From an uncultured Bacteroidia bacterium (GTDB lineage: Bacteria > Bacteroidota > Bacteroidia > JAFLBG01), in contig CAZQIC010000007.1 of the NCBI GenBank assembly GCA_964593555.1, forward strand, positions 6,226 through 70,225: DNA of 64,000 nucleotides, read 5' to 3'. The notes beneath the pieces were generated by a model that saw only the letters and a list, made by a program, of their open reading frames with translations, did not search any database and was not told where the DNA came from. Each line of letters starts with the position of its first letter. The first letter of the stretch is position 1. The translations under genes were made by a program, and so were the position numbers. Below, one piece after another: positions 1 through 10,200 of the stretch.

Positions 1-145
1 AGGTAAGACGGGCGCATGCCATAAAAGTTACAGCCCCTAAAAATTTTAACTTCGTTTAACAAATGAAGGGGATGGGTGTGAGGTGTATTCGATAATAGGG
101 AGATGGGGAAAGAAGGGAATAAGGAAATAGGGTGTCTATATTGAA

Positions 146-880
146 CTACTTCATCCCCAATAAAAAAAGTTCATTCGCCTTTTCCCAGTTCACAACATTC
201 CACCAGGCAGTAATATAATCGACACGTCGGTTTTGATTTTTTAAATAGTAGGCATGCTCCCAAACATCAAGCGCGAGAACAGGTGTTCCTTTAAATTCAG
301 ATACGTCCATCAAAGGATTATCCTGATTAGCTGTTGAACCTATTTGTAATTTTTTATTTGCATCAACAACAAGCCATGCCCAACCTGAACCAAAAACTTT
401 TGTTGCAGCATCATTGAACTTTGTTTTAAAATTTTCGAATGACCCAAAAGAGTCATTGATCGCTTCAGCTATTTTCCCTGATGGCACACCTCCGCCATTT
501 GGTTTCATTAAAGACCAGAAGAGAGAATGATTGTAATGGCCGCCAGCATTATTCCTAATTGTCATATTGTATTTTGAAACGTTGGCACATAATCGACCTA
601 ATGTAAGTTTGTCCACGTTTATCCCCACCAATGCTTTATTAAGATTGTTCACATAGCCCTGGTGGTGTTTGCCATAATGCAGCTCCATGGTAACCTTATC
701 AATATATGGCTCAAGTGCATCGTAAGCATAAGGGAGGGGATCACAACTGAAAAAAGATTGGTCTTGTAAAAATATGTTTCCTGCAGGTAAAATTCCGGGT
801 AATGATGTAAGTGCAATTCCTCCAAAACCTGCAAGGGTTGTTTGTTTTATAAATTCTCTTCTTGATTTTTTTTCTATCAT
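146..880 (-). CDS. Superoxide dismutase (Fe/Mn family) with Tat-type signal peptide
   Basis: 244-aa ORF with ATG start. Contains the HYGKHH and DVWEHAYYL metal-ligand motifs of Fe/Mn SODs. The N-terminus ([20 protein letters not shown]) looks like a twin-arginine signal. Confidence 0.9.
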   Translation of the reverse strand: MIEKKSRREFIKQTTLAGFGGIALTSLPGILPAGNIFLQDQSFFSCDPLPYAYDALEPYIDKVTMELHYGKHHQGYVNNLNKALVGINVDKLTLGRLCANVSKYNMTIRNNAGGHYNHSLFWSLMKPNGGGVPSGKIAEAINDSFGSFENFKTKFNDAATKVFGSGWAWLVVDANKKLQIGSTANQDNPLMDVSEFKGTPVLALDVWEHAYYLKNQNRRVDYITAWWNVVNWEKANELFLLGMK

Positions 881-955
881 TTTCTGTTCTTGATTTTTCT
901 CCCTCTCTAGGGAGGATTAGCCTGTCCTGAGCGAAGTCGAAGTAGGGTGAGGCCT

Positions 956-1465
956 TTATTCGAAGGAAATAAGTACCTGATTTTTTTCTACTGCCATTTT
1001 TTTACTGACGTTGATTTTTTTAATTATCGCATCGACGGGCGCTTTCAATACATTTTCCATTTTCATGGCTTCAAGTATCAATAAAGAGTCCCCTTGTTTT
1101 ATTTGCATGCCCTCAGTAACCAGTACGTCCAAAACTAATCCGGGCATAGGGGCTTTCATTTCATTCACTTTACTTGCAGATAAATTATCCATGCCAAGGT
1201 TCTTCAACAACTCATCGTATTTATCCTTTACATTAAGTTCATACTTATTGCCATTCACCCTTACTAAAAATGATTTCTCTTTTGCATCAGCAGTTAATAC
1301 TTCCACAGTGTATGATTTATTATTATAAAGCACGTGTAGTACATTTTCCTTTACTGTGATCACATCCCAAGCAAACTCTTTTCCATTAAGCTTTCCGGAA
1401 GTATTGTTGTTCCCATCCAACTCAACCGAATGTTCATTTTTACCGTTTACAATAACCTTATGCAT
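956..1465 (-). CDS. Biotin/lipoyl-attachment carrier protein (biotin carboxyl carrier-like)
   Basis: ORF 956..1492 opens on TTG; the first ATG (MHKVIVNGK) is 9 codons in, at 1465. The C-terminus carries the LILEAMKMENVL biotinyl-lysine motif. Confidence 0.75.
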   Translation of the reverse strand: MHKVIVNGKNEHSVELDGNNNTSGKLNGKEFAWDVITVKENVLHVLYNNKSYTVEVLTADAKEKSFLVRVNGNKYELNVKDKYDELLKNLGMDNLSASKVNEMKAPMPGLVLDVLVTEGMQIKQGDSLLILEAMKMENVLKAPVDAIIKKINVSKKMAVEKNQVLISFE

Positions 1466-1552
1466 ATACAAATTTACATAACAATATGGCAAATACCTTA
1501 AAGTTTGAAAAGTATATATTTTTCACGTCCTTTGGTAGTGCTATTCCCATCC

Positions 1553-4264
1553 ATGTATAATCGTTTAATCACAATATTTATTCTGGCTTCGCTATTTAGC
1601 GCCTGTGATGTAAACAAAAAGCATAAAAAAACATCCGGGAAAAATCCGGGCATAACACTCGACACCGTTTCTGTCGGACCTCAAAAAACCAGAGAGTACC
1701 AGGCTTCTGAAACACGAAAATATGACATCCTTCATACAAAGCTGAATGTAAAATTCAATTATGATTCGGCACAAATGAGCGGGGAAGCTACATTAACTAT
1801 TAAACCATATTTTTATTCGATACGCAGTATTGATCTTAACGCACGAGGATTTACCATCAGGAAAGTTGCTTTATCCAAGAAGGATGATCTGTATGATTTG
1901 AAATACCGATACGAAAAAGATGTTATATCCATTGCCCTGGACAAACAATATTCCAAAAATGATTCTTTCAACATATTTATAAGTTATATATCTAACCCAA
2001 ATAAATTAGAAAAAGGTGGGAGCGCGGCGATCAACAACGATAAAGGATTGTACTTTATTAATCCCGATGGAAAAGACAGCCTGAAGCCCATACAAATATG
2101 GACACAGGGTGAAACACAATCTAACTCAGCATGGTTTCCCACTTTCGATCATCCGAATGAAAGAATGACAGAGGAAATTTGCATGAGGGTAAAAGACAAA
2201 TATACTACCCTCTCGAATGGTGAATTATATTTTCAGCTGCACAATACGGATAGCACCCGTACGGACTGCTGGAAAATGGATTTTCCCATTGCGCCTTATC
2301 TTGTTATGATGGCTGTTGGTGATTACGCTATTGTAAAAGACAAATGGAGAGACAAAGAAGTAAATTATTATGTTGAGAAAAAATATTTGCCAGATGCAAA
2401 ACAAATTTTTGGAAAAACTCCCGCGATGATCGAATTCTTTTCGAAAACACTTGGAGTGGCTTATCCATGGAATAAATATTCCCAAATAGTAGTGAGGGAT
2501 TATGTTTCCGGAGCAATGGAAAACACAACTGCAACTATCCATGGTGAATTTTTACAACAAACCCGTAGGGAAATGATCGATGGAGATCACGAAGATATAA
2601 TTGCCCATGAACTTTTTCATCAATGGTTTGGAGATTATGTTACGTGCGAGTCATGGTCCAATCTTCCATTGAATGAATCCTTTGCAACCTATGGAGAATA
2701 TCTTTGGTTTGAATACAGTGAAGGTAGAGACATGGCCGACGATCATCTCTGGTCTGACCTTATTCGATATCAACAGGAATCCAGGACCAAACAAGAAAAC
2801 CTCATTCGCTTTTATTATGACGACAGGGAAGATATGTTCGACGGACATTCCTACCAAAAAGGCGGACGAGTGCTTCACATGCTGCGTAAGTACGTTGGCG
2901 ATGAAGCATTCTTTGCATCGCTGAAACTATATCTTGAAAAAAATAAATTCAATTCAGTTGAAATGCACCAGCTACGTCTTGCCTTTGAAGAAGTAACCGG
3001 CGAAGACCTTAACTGGTTCTTTAATCAGTGGTGTTATTCAAGCGGGCATCCGAAACTTACTTTTAGTTATTCATTTGATGATGTAAATAAAAAACAGCAC
3101 ATAACTATCGCGCAACAGCAAGACCTTACCTCATCACCGTTATTTAAACTTCCCATACTTGTTGATCTTTATTTTCCTGACACAGTAATACGACATAAGA
3201 TCACTATTAGTAAAACAAATGAGGAATTTACCTTTGATGCAAATACAAAACCATTGTTGGTAAATGTGGATGCTGAAAAAATGTTGTTGTGCGATAAGGA
3301 AGAATATAAGACAACAAATGAATGGATTTACCAATACAAACATGCGCCATTGTACCTGGACCGGGCAGAAGCCATTTACGCTCTGGGAAAAAATGAACAG
3401 CAAAAAGAAGGCAACAACACACTTATTAAATACAGCAATGAGCCTTCCTTCCTAATTATTGAAACGAGATCGAATAGGTTAAAGAAAACAGCTGTTGATT
3501 CTCTTGCCGCATTAACGCTTTTGGATGCGCTTAGCGATCGTTCACCAGATGCGCGGCAAACAGCGCTTGAATTACTGGACAAAAACACCTCACCCGTTAA
3601 AGGGTTAAAAGAAAAATTAATTTTACTTGTCGAAAGTGATAAGAAATCAAGAGTGCGCGCGCTTGCATTGGAAGTGTTGGTGAAAAAATTTCCGTCTGAT
3701 GAACTGCTCCCGTTACTGAATAAAGGAATGCAGGACTCTTCTTATGCTGTTATATCAAAAGCATTGAAAGGCCTTGTTAAATTAAATAAAGAAGAGGCAT
3801 TGAAGCGGGCTGCGGTATTAGAAAAAGAAGAAAACCAAACACTATTGTTATCTGTTGCCAATGTATATTCTGAAATTGGATCCGACAAAAACAACGAGTT
3901 CTTCGTAATATTACTGAATAGGCTGGAAGGCTGGAGCAGAGTAACAGGAGTAAACACATATGGAAAATTCTTGGAACGCTGCAATGATGAAACAATTAAC
4001 AAGGGACTTGTTATACTAGAAAATATTGGAAGAACTACTGAAATTAAATGGGAAAAATTTTATGTGCAGCAAACATTAAGTGACCTGGCAGGAATGTATT
4101 TCGACAGAGAAAAAGAAATCCAGGGAAAAATTGACAACCTGAAAGATGCCAAAACAAATGGCGAAACCGTTCTTAAATTGGAGCGTGACCTAGAGCCAAT
4201 AAAATTGCAGAAAGAAAAAATTCTGAAGCTCTACGATGCGTTGGATGCCGTTAAGACAAAATAG
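1553..4264 (+). CDS. pepN: M1-family aminopeptidase N-like lipoprotein with C-terminal HEAT-like helical region
   Basis: Contains the GAMEN exopeptidase motif, the [10 protein letters not shown] zinc motif (HExxH) and a downstream NESFATYGE glutamate. ORF 1505 opens on TTG; the ATG at 1553 gives [18 protein letters not shown], a lipoprotein signal. Confidence 0.85.
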   Translation: MYNRLITIFILASLFSACDVNKKHKKTSGKNPGITLDTVSVGPQKTREYQASETRKYDILHTKLNVKFNYDSAQMSGEATLTIKPYFYSIRSIDLNARGFTIRKVALSKKDDLYDLKYRYEKDVISIALDKQYSKNDSFNIFISYISNPNKLEKGGSAAINNDKGLYFINPDGKDSLKPIQIWTQGETQSNSAWFPTFDHPNERMTEEICMRVKDKYTTLSNGELYFQLHNTDSTRTDCWKMDFPIAPYLVMMAVGDYAIVKDKWRDKEVNYYVEKKYLPDAKQIFGKTPAMIEFFSKTLGVAYPWNKYSQIVVRDYVSGAMENTTATIHGEFLQQTRREMIDGDHEDIIAHELFHQWFGDYVTCESWSNLPLNESFATYGEYLWFEYSEGRDMADDHLWSDLIRYQQESRTKQENLIRFYYDDREDMFDGHSYQKGGRVLHMLRKYVGDEAFFASLKLYLEKNKFNSVEMHQLRLAFEEVTGEDLNWFFNQWCYSSGHPKLTFSYSFDDVNKKQHITIAQQQDLTSSPLFKLPILVDLYFPDTVIRHKITISKTNEEFTFDANTKPLLVNVDAEKMLLCDKEEYKTTNEWIYQYKHAPLYLDRAEAIYALGKNEQQKEGNNTLIKYSNEPSFLIIETRSNRLKKTAVDSLAALTLLDALSDRSPDARQTALELLDKNTSPVKGLKEKLILLVESDKKSRVRALALEVLVKKFPSDELLPLLNKGMQDSSYAVISKALKGLVKLNKEEALKRAAVLEKEENQTLLLSVANVYSEIGSDKNNEFFVILLNRLEGWSRVTGVNTYGKFLERCNDETINKGLVILENIGRTTEIKWEKFYVQQTLSDLAGMYFDREKEIQGKIDNLKDAKTNGETVLKLERDLEPIKLQKEKILKLYDALDAVKTK

Positions 4265-5453
4265 CCTTTACTCCGGGCAATTGTTTTCCTTCAATATATT
4301 CAAGCAAAGCACCACCACCTGTAGAAACATAACTTACTTTATCAGCCAGATTATATTTATTGATGGCGGCAACGCTATCGCCGCCTCCAATTAATGAATA
4401 CGCCCCCCCTTGTGTAGCTTGTGCTGTAGCATCCGCAATGGCTTTGGTACCATGCTGAAATTTTTCCATCTCGAAAACACCCATAGGGCCATTCCATAAA
4501 ATGGTTTTCGAATTCAATAATTCATTTGCAAATAATTTTTCTGTTTCCGGACCAATGTCAAGTCCCATCCATCCATCAGGTATAGCATCAATGCTTACAG
4601 TTTTTGTGTTTGCATCATTAGAAAAATTATCAGCGATAATAGTATCAACAGGTAATAATAATTTTACTCCTTTTTGTTTTGCCTTATTAATTACATCAAG
4701 CGCCAATTGTAATTTATCTTCTTCGCAAAGAGACTTTCCAATATTTTTTCCTTGAGCTTTAAAAAATGTATACGCCATTCCTCCTCCTATTATTAGGGAA
4801 TTTACTTTGTCCAGTAAATTTTCAATGATCAAAATTTTATCACTCACCTTTGCCCCACCCATTACTGCAACGAGAGGTTTCTCCGGGTTATTCAACAATT
4901 TATTTACGTTGTTTAATTCACTACTCATCACATAACCAAAATATTTTGCAGTTGGAAAAAAATCTGCGATGATCGCCGTTGAAGCATGCGCACGATGTGC
5001 CGTTCCAAAAGCATCGTTCACGTACACATCACCAAGTGCCGATAATTTTTTCGCAAAATCCTTATCTCCTGTCTCTTCTTCTTTATAAAAACGAAGGTTC
5101 TCTAACAGCAATACGTCACCTGATTTAAGTTCTGCTGACATTTTTGAAGCAGAAGCGCTGATACAATCATCCGCAAATTTTACTTCTGTATTTATAAGTT
5201 TGGATAAATGTTTGATCAAATGTTTTAAAGATGATTTTTCCTCGGGACCATTTTTTGGTCTGCCTAAATGCGACATCAATATCACACTTCCGCCATCTTT
5301 GCGGATTTTTTGTATTGTAGGAATGGCGGCCCTTATACGGGTATCGTCAGTAATATTATATGATGCGTCAAGGGGGACATTAAAATCGACACGGATAAGT
5401 GCACGTTTGCCCGAAAAATTAAAATTGTCAACAGTTTTCATAATTGCGATCAT
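4251..5453 (-). CDS. pgk: Phosphoglycerate kinase
   Basis: 400-aa ORF with [13 protein letters not shown] near the N-terminus and typical Pgk sequence throughout. An alternative ATG at 5441 (MKTVDNF) is equally possible. The 3-prime end overlaps the convergent pepN by 14 nt. Confidence 0.95.
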   Translation of the reverse strand: MIAIMKTVDNFNFSGKRALIRVDFNVPLDASYNITDDTRIRAAIPTIQKIRKDGGSVILMSHLGRPKNGPEEKSSLKHLIKHLSKLINTEVKFADDCISASASKMSAELKSGDVLLLENLRFYKEEETGDKDFAKKLSALGDVYVNDAFGTAHRAHASTAIIADFFPTAKYFGYVMSSELNNVNKLLNNPEKPLVAVMGGAKVSDKILIIENLLDKVNSLIIGGGMAYTFFKAQGKNIGKSLCEEDKLQLALDVINKAKQKGVKLLLPVDTIIADNFSNDANTKTVSIDAIPDGWMGLDIGPETEKLFANELLNSKTILWNGPMGVFEMEKFQHGTKAIADATAQATQGGAYSLIGGGDSVAAINKYNLADKVSYVSTGGGALLEYIEGKQLPGVKAILS

Positions 5454-5529
5454 TTATAAAGATGTCCGCAAAATTATAGTTTCTATCGGAACAAGCAAAA
5501 GATGTTGAGGTTTATGCCAGAGCCGGGGA

Positions 5530-7266
5530 TTAGCGTATCAGTGCAACATGTCCTGTATAAACAATTTCTTTATCGGTGGCTACATTTTTCTGACGTATCT
5601 GCCACACATAAACACCCATGGGCGAAGCAGAATTAACCCCTTCTTTTTTCCCATCCCACCCCTTGTTAAAATCACTCGTGGAAAAAATGAGTTCACCCCA
5701 ACGGTTAAAAATAAACATAACTGCATTTGTCATGTCCAATGTCCCCCTTGGAATAAAAATATCGTTTAGCTGATCGTTATCAGGAGTAAATGCATTCGGA
5801 AAAAAAATACTTTCGGGGAATTGTACTTCACAATCTTCTACATGTACGATTTTAGTTTGTGTTTCTGAGAATCCACACTCATATGTTAACTCGCATCTTA
5901 CCTGGTAATCACCAGGAGCATTAAAAGTATGCATTGGACTTTCGAGTATCGAAACAGTTTCACTGTTATTTAGACTATCACCAAAATTCCAGGAGACAGA
6001 AACAAATCTGGATACAACTCCCGCACAATTTGTCAGCGAAAGATCAAAGTTTGCTTGCAAGCAATTCGTTTGATAATTAAATGTATCGGAATAAGATACT
6101 TGCGTACCTGCAACAAATGTTGGCAATCCCAGTTTCGAATTAGCACCATTTAAATAAAGAGCATTGTCTTTGTAATTACAATTTACGCCTGCAATATCAG
6201 GGGCATTAATGATTCCAAGCGAATCTTTATGTCCTCTTGCCACATATATCTTATTGTCTGGCCCAAGCTGCAAAGCACCTAGCAATGCTCTCGACGTTCC
6301 AACTATCGTCCGGGATTGGTTTATACCGGACGAGGGGCCGGCACATAAATCAAATTGTAAAATCCTACCGGGCGAAATTGTACTTCCGTATAATTTTTTT
6401 CCATCTGGTGAGAATTCCACACCGTATTCTCCCATTGAAGAAGAAGGGGAAATTAATGTAATTGCGTTTGAAACAATACCTGTGGAATTATTAAAATCAA
6501 ATAACTCAAAAATATTCATACCATGGCATGCCGCCAGCGCTAGTCGTGAACCATCAGGTGACGCTTTCATATACCCATTTGTATTCCAAGTTGAGCCTGT
6601 GTGTACTGCTCCTATTTTACTTAAAATAGGTGTTACATTAATTCCTGAAGCGGTAAGAAGAAATACCCTGAAGGTATCAGAGCTCCAATCGTGGGTGACT
6701 ATCCAATTATCTCTTCTGTTACAATGTTTTATTACTGCTATTTTTTCTGTTGATTTATTAAGCAAAGAAATATTTTTTTCTACAGTAACATCACCCAAGC
6801 CGGAATTTAAATTCATGTCAATAACCGAATATCTTATCCCCTTTGTTCCTGCATCCCTATCAATTGTAAATAAGTAGTATTGCGTTGTTGATCCAGGCTT
6901 AGGAATAATTGTAGCCGATTGAGTCGCATCCTGATCTCCCATTAAATTTGCACCATTGGACATTTGAAAATGATTTCTATTCCAAACGCCAACGCCATCT
7001 GAATAAAAAAGCAACCTACCGGAGCTATCTGCTATACTCGCACAGCCTTCAAATGTGGCTAGTTGGCCTGTAACAATTGCTACCGGAACTCCAGAGTTAA
7101 AATTAAGACCAGCTTTTGCACCAAAGTGCCAAACATTCTTTTCCTTCTGAGCGTGGCCTGTTGAATAACAAAACAAATAAACAAAAACGACAACTATTTT
7201 TCTTAGGATTTTTATTTTATCCTTTTCACTCAAGAGATTCAGCAATTTTAAATACATTTCTTTCAT
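5530..7266 (-). CDS. T9SS type-B CTD protein: N-terminal beta-propeller-like domain, PKD, type-B sorting domain
   Basis: The N-terminal domain (WHFGAKAGLNF...FEGCASIADSSGRLLFYSDG...VWNRNH) is shared with ORFs 14742 and 17133. It has SPDG/GPDxKIY blade-like motifs and a PKD domain (WNFGD...GDYQV). The C-terminus (PNAFTPDNDQLNDIF...FNRWGELIF...GWDG...GVYVW) is a type-B CTD. Its ATG overlaps the stop of the upstream giant gene (TAATG). Confidence 0.8.
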   Translation of the reverse strand: MKEMYLKLLNLLSEKDKIKILRKIVVVFVYLFCYSTGHAQKEKNVWHFGAKAGLNFNSGVPVAIVTGQLATFEGCASIADSSGRLLFYSDGVGVWNRNHFQMSNGANLMGDQDATQSATIIPKPGSTTQYYLFTIDRDAGTKGIRYSVIDMNLNSGLGDVTVEKNISLLNKSTEKIAVIKHCNRRDNWIVTHDWSSDTFRVFLLTASGINVTPILSKIGAVHTGSTWNTNGYMKASPDGSRLALAACHGMNIFELFDFNNSTGIVSNAITLISPSSSMGEYGVEFSPDGKKLYGSTISPGRILQFDLCAGPSSGINQSRTIVGTSRALLGALQLGPDNKIYVARGHKDSLGIINAPDIAGVNCNYKDNALYLNGANSKLGLPTFVAGTQVSYSDTFNYQTNCLQANFDLSLTNCAGVVSRFVSVSWNFGDSLNNSETVSILESPMHTFNAPGDYQVRCELTYECGFSETQTKIVHVEDCEVQFPESIFFPNAFTPDNDQLNDIFIPRGTLDMTNAVMFIFNRWGELIFSTSDFNKGWDGKKEGVNSASPMGVYVWQIRQKNVATDKEIVYTGHVALIR

Positions 7267-10200
7267 TACCGGATTAACGTTACATGGCCCTTGTATTGGT
7301 GCCTCTTACCATTAACATCCTTTGTTTTTATTTTCCAGACATAAACATCCTGCTGCACGGCTTCTCCTATATTGTTTACGGATCCATTCCAACCCTCAGA
7401 AGGATTATCCGTTGTAAAAATTAATTCACCCCATCGGTTATAAATATAAAACTCATATGTATCAATGTCCCATCCAATACCCAAGGGAATAAACACATCA
7501 TTTTTTCCATCCTTATTTGGTGAAAAACTATTTGGAATAAAAAAAGAATAATCAGGAATAACAGTAATGATATCTGTTACGCTTGCGCTGCATCCAAATT
7601 CGTTAGTAATTAAAAGAGTAACCATATAACTTCCTGTATCACGATAATCAAATGTAGGATGCTGGATTGAAGAAAATGAACTTACAATATCACCAAATGA
7701 CCAACTCCAGTTTATTGCACCAACCGATTTGTCAGTGAAATGAACTTTGGGTTCCAGCACACTCACCGAATTAGGATTCGCTGTAAATGCAGCTATAGGA
7801 TCAGGATGTACTGTTATATAATTATTTTGTGTTAACGAATTAGAACATCCATTATTGTCAGCTACAATAAGAGCTACGCTATACGAACCCGGATTATCGA
7901 AACAATGATTTACCGTTGATCCGGTTGCGGCTGAAATCCCTGATCCAAAGTTCCAGTTGGATGTGACTGCATTTGGAGTTTGATTGGTAAATGCAACACA
8001 CAAGGGACCACATCCGCTTACAACATCAGAAGTAAAATTAACAATGGGCAACTCATTAACGGTTACAGAAGAATATCCAATTGATGTGCATCCTTTTGAG
8101 TCTGTTATAATAACAGAATACGTTGAGGACACATTTGGAGTAATATTTACAGAAGCTCCAGTTGCAAAACCACCTGAAGAAGAAATCCAGGAATAATTAT
8201 ATGTTGGTGTTGCACCTGAACCAGATGCAGTAAGTGCTACAGAAGCTCCTGCACAAATTGTATAATCGCTTGTATTGATAATAAGTTGTGTCGGCTCGGT
8301 AACGATACTGGCAAAAACACCTGTACATCCATTTTGATCAATAACAATTACCGAATAGGTTCCTGATGTAAGCCCATTAGAGATTATAGTTTGTGAACCC
8401 GACTGCCAGGAATAATTATAAGGAGCAGTGCCACCGGTTGTATTTGTAATACTCAATGAACCATCACTACCATTAAAACATGATGTTGGTGTAGATTGAA
8501 GAGCAGAATTAATTATCATCGGTTGTGTTATATTAACAACAGCAACATCAGTACATCCTGTTGAATCAGTAATTGTAACAGAAAATGTTCCTGCACAAAG
8601 ACCAGCGATATTTGCATTTGCCCCGCCAATATTCCAATTATAAGTGTACGGTGCTATACCTCCAGAATAACCTGCTGCCGCTGAACCATCACAAAAACCA
8701 TTGCAGGATGTTGGTGTTGAAGATGCAATATTTGCGGTTACACCGTTTAAATTGGTTACACTTACTGTTCCCGTTGCGGTACATAAATTATTATCGGTAA
8801 TTGTAACCGAATAATTTCCCGCAGGTATGAAGTTGTTATTTCCCGATGTGACCAAATTATTCCATGAATAGCTATATCCCGGTGTGCCGCCATTTGCGAC
8901 AACGCTTGCAGAACCATCCGATTGATTACAATGAGAATACGTAGTTGCTAAACGAAGAGTGATAGTAGTAGGCTCAGCAATTGAATCTGAAGCAATGCCT
9001 GCACAGCCATTAGCATCGGTAATTGTAACTGTGTAAACTCCGGCAATAACATTTATTAATTGTGATCCTATTGTATTTGTATTCCAATTGTAGGAATATG
9101 TTCCCGTACCTCCGCTTGCATTGGCAATAGCAATGCCTGTTGCAGAACCATTACATTTTGCTGCTGTTGGAGTAACCGTAACAGATATTGGCATTGGTTC
9201 TGTAATGAATATTGATGATGTAGCTGTACAACCATAGTTATCAGTTACAGTAACAGAATACGTGTTTGATGTTAATGACGAAATGGAAGAGGTGATCGCA
9301 TTTGTGTTCCATAAATATGTATATGGATTTGTACCGCCATTTACAATTGTTCCTGCAATGCCACTTGCCGTTCCATAACATGAAACTGAATTTGTTTGAA
9401 CCGCAGCAAGAGTGAGCAATGGCGGTTCGGTTACAGTGAGATTTGCAGTTGAAGTACAGCCATCATTATCAGTTACAGTTACAGAATATATTCCAGCATA
9501 TAACCCTGAAATATTTGCATTGGAACCGCCAACATTCCAATTGTATGTAAACGGTGCCGCTCCTGTTATAGAACCAACAGTTCCTCCTCCATTATTTTGT
9601 CCGAAACAGGAAACATTATTTACTGCACTTATAACAGACATTGGAGAGTTAACAGTAATATAATTTTGCTGTGTTACAGAATCTGTTCCACATGGAGTTG
9701 TAATAACTAGTTTAACAGAGTAAGTCCCGTTGGCCGGATAACTAATGCCGGATGGACTTTGATCAGTTGATGATGCAGTGGTTGCTCCCGGAAAACTCCA
9801 CAACCAATCAACTTTTTTTCTGTCACAAATAACAGAGTTGTCTGTAAATGTTATCGCTTCATTGGGACACACCGAAGTTTTACTCGCACTGAAAGATGGA
9901 ATTACCTTATTCTTTCCGCAGCTATACGCACAAATACTTATAACTACTGCTTCATACGTTCCACCACCGGAAATCATTTGAACTCCATTCACAACCGGGA
10001 ATGCCCATGTACCTGCTTTTGGCATAGACGACCCAGTAAGATATGCTGATCCATTTTTTGCAATGGCAATACGTCCGCCAACAACATCAGAGAAATTAGC
10101 AAACAACACTTCATCATGGCTGTTGCCTCCTATATAAGTATCACATAAAAAATTTCCATCCTTATCAAACCTGGCCATTAAATGATCTTCATCTCCGAGA

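Noticed and set aside
895-955. Hairpin ctccct-ctct-agggag followed by cctgtcctgagcgaagtcgaagtagggtgagg, which resembles REP-like intergenic repeats I associate with Bacteroidota genomes.
   Set aside because: There is only one copy in this window, so its repeat status cannot be shown here. It lacks a U-tract, so I do not call it a terminator.
4251-4264. 14-nt overlap of the convergent pepN and pgk 3-prime ends.
   Set aside because: Both reading frames are well supported to their stops. Short convergent overlaps are common and need no special explanation.
6209-6877. 222-aa plus-strand ORF, and many similar 60-120-aa ORFs antisense to the giant cargo genes (for example 7984..8196, 9412..9663, 10582..10941, 17785..18054, 20664..20930, 50410..50634).
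   Set aside because: They lie entirely inside much longer ORFs with clear domain architecture on the opposite strand. Their low-complexity translations mirror the repeat structure of the sense genes. They are typical shadow ORFs.
8289-9635. Possible CRISPR-like or non-coding tandem repeats suggested by periodic DNA in the giant genes.
   Set aside because: The periodicity is about 225 nt and is in frame. It corresponds to protein domain repeats (SprB type). There are no short direct repeats with unique spacers anywhere in the window.
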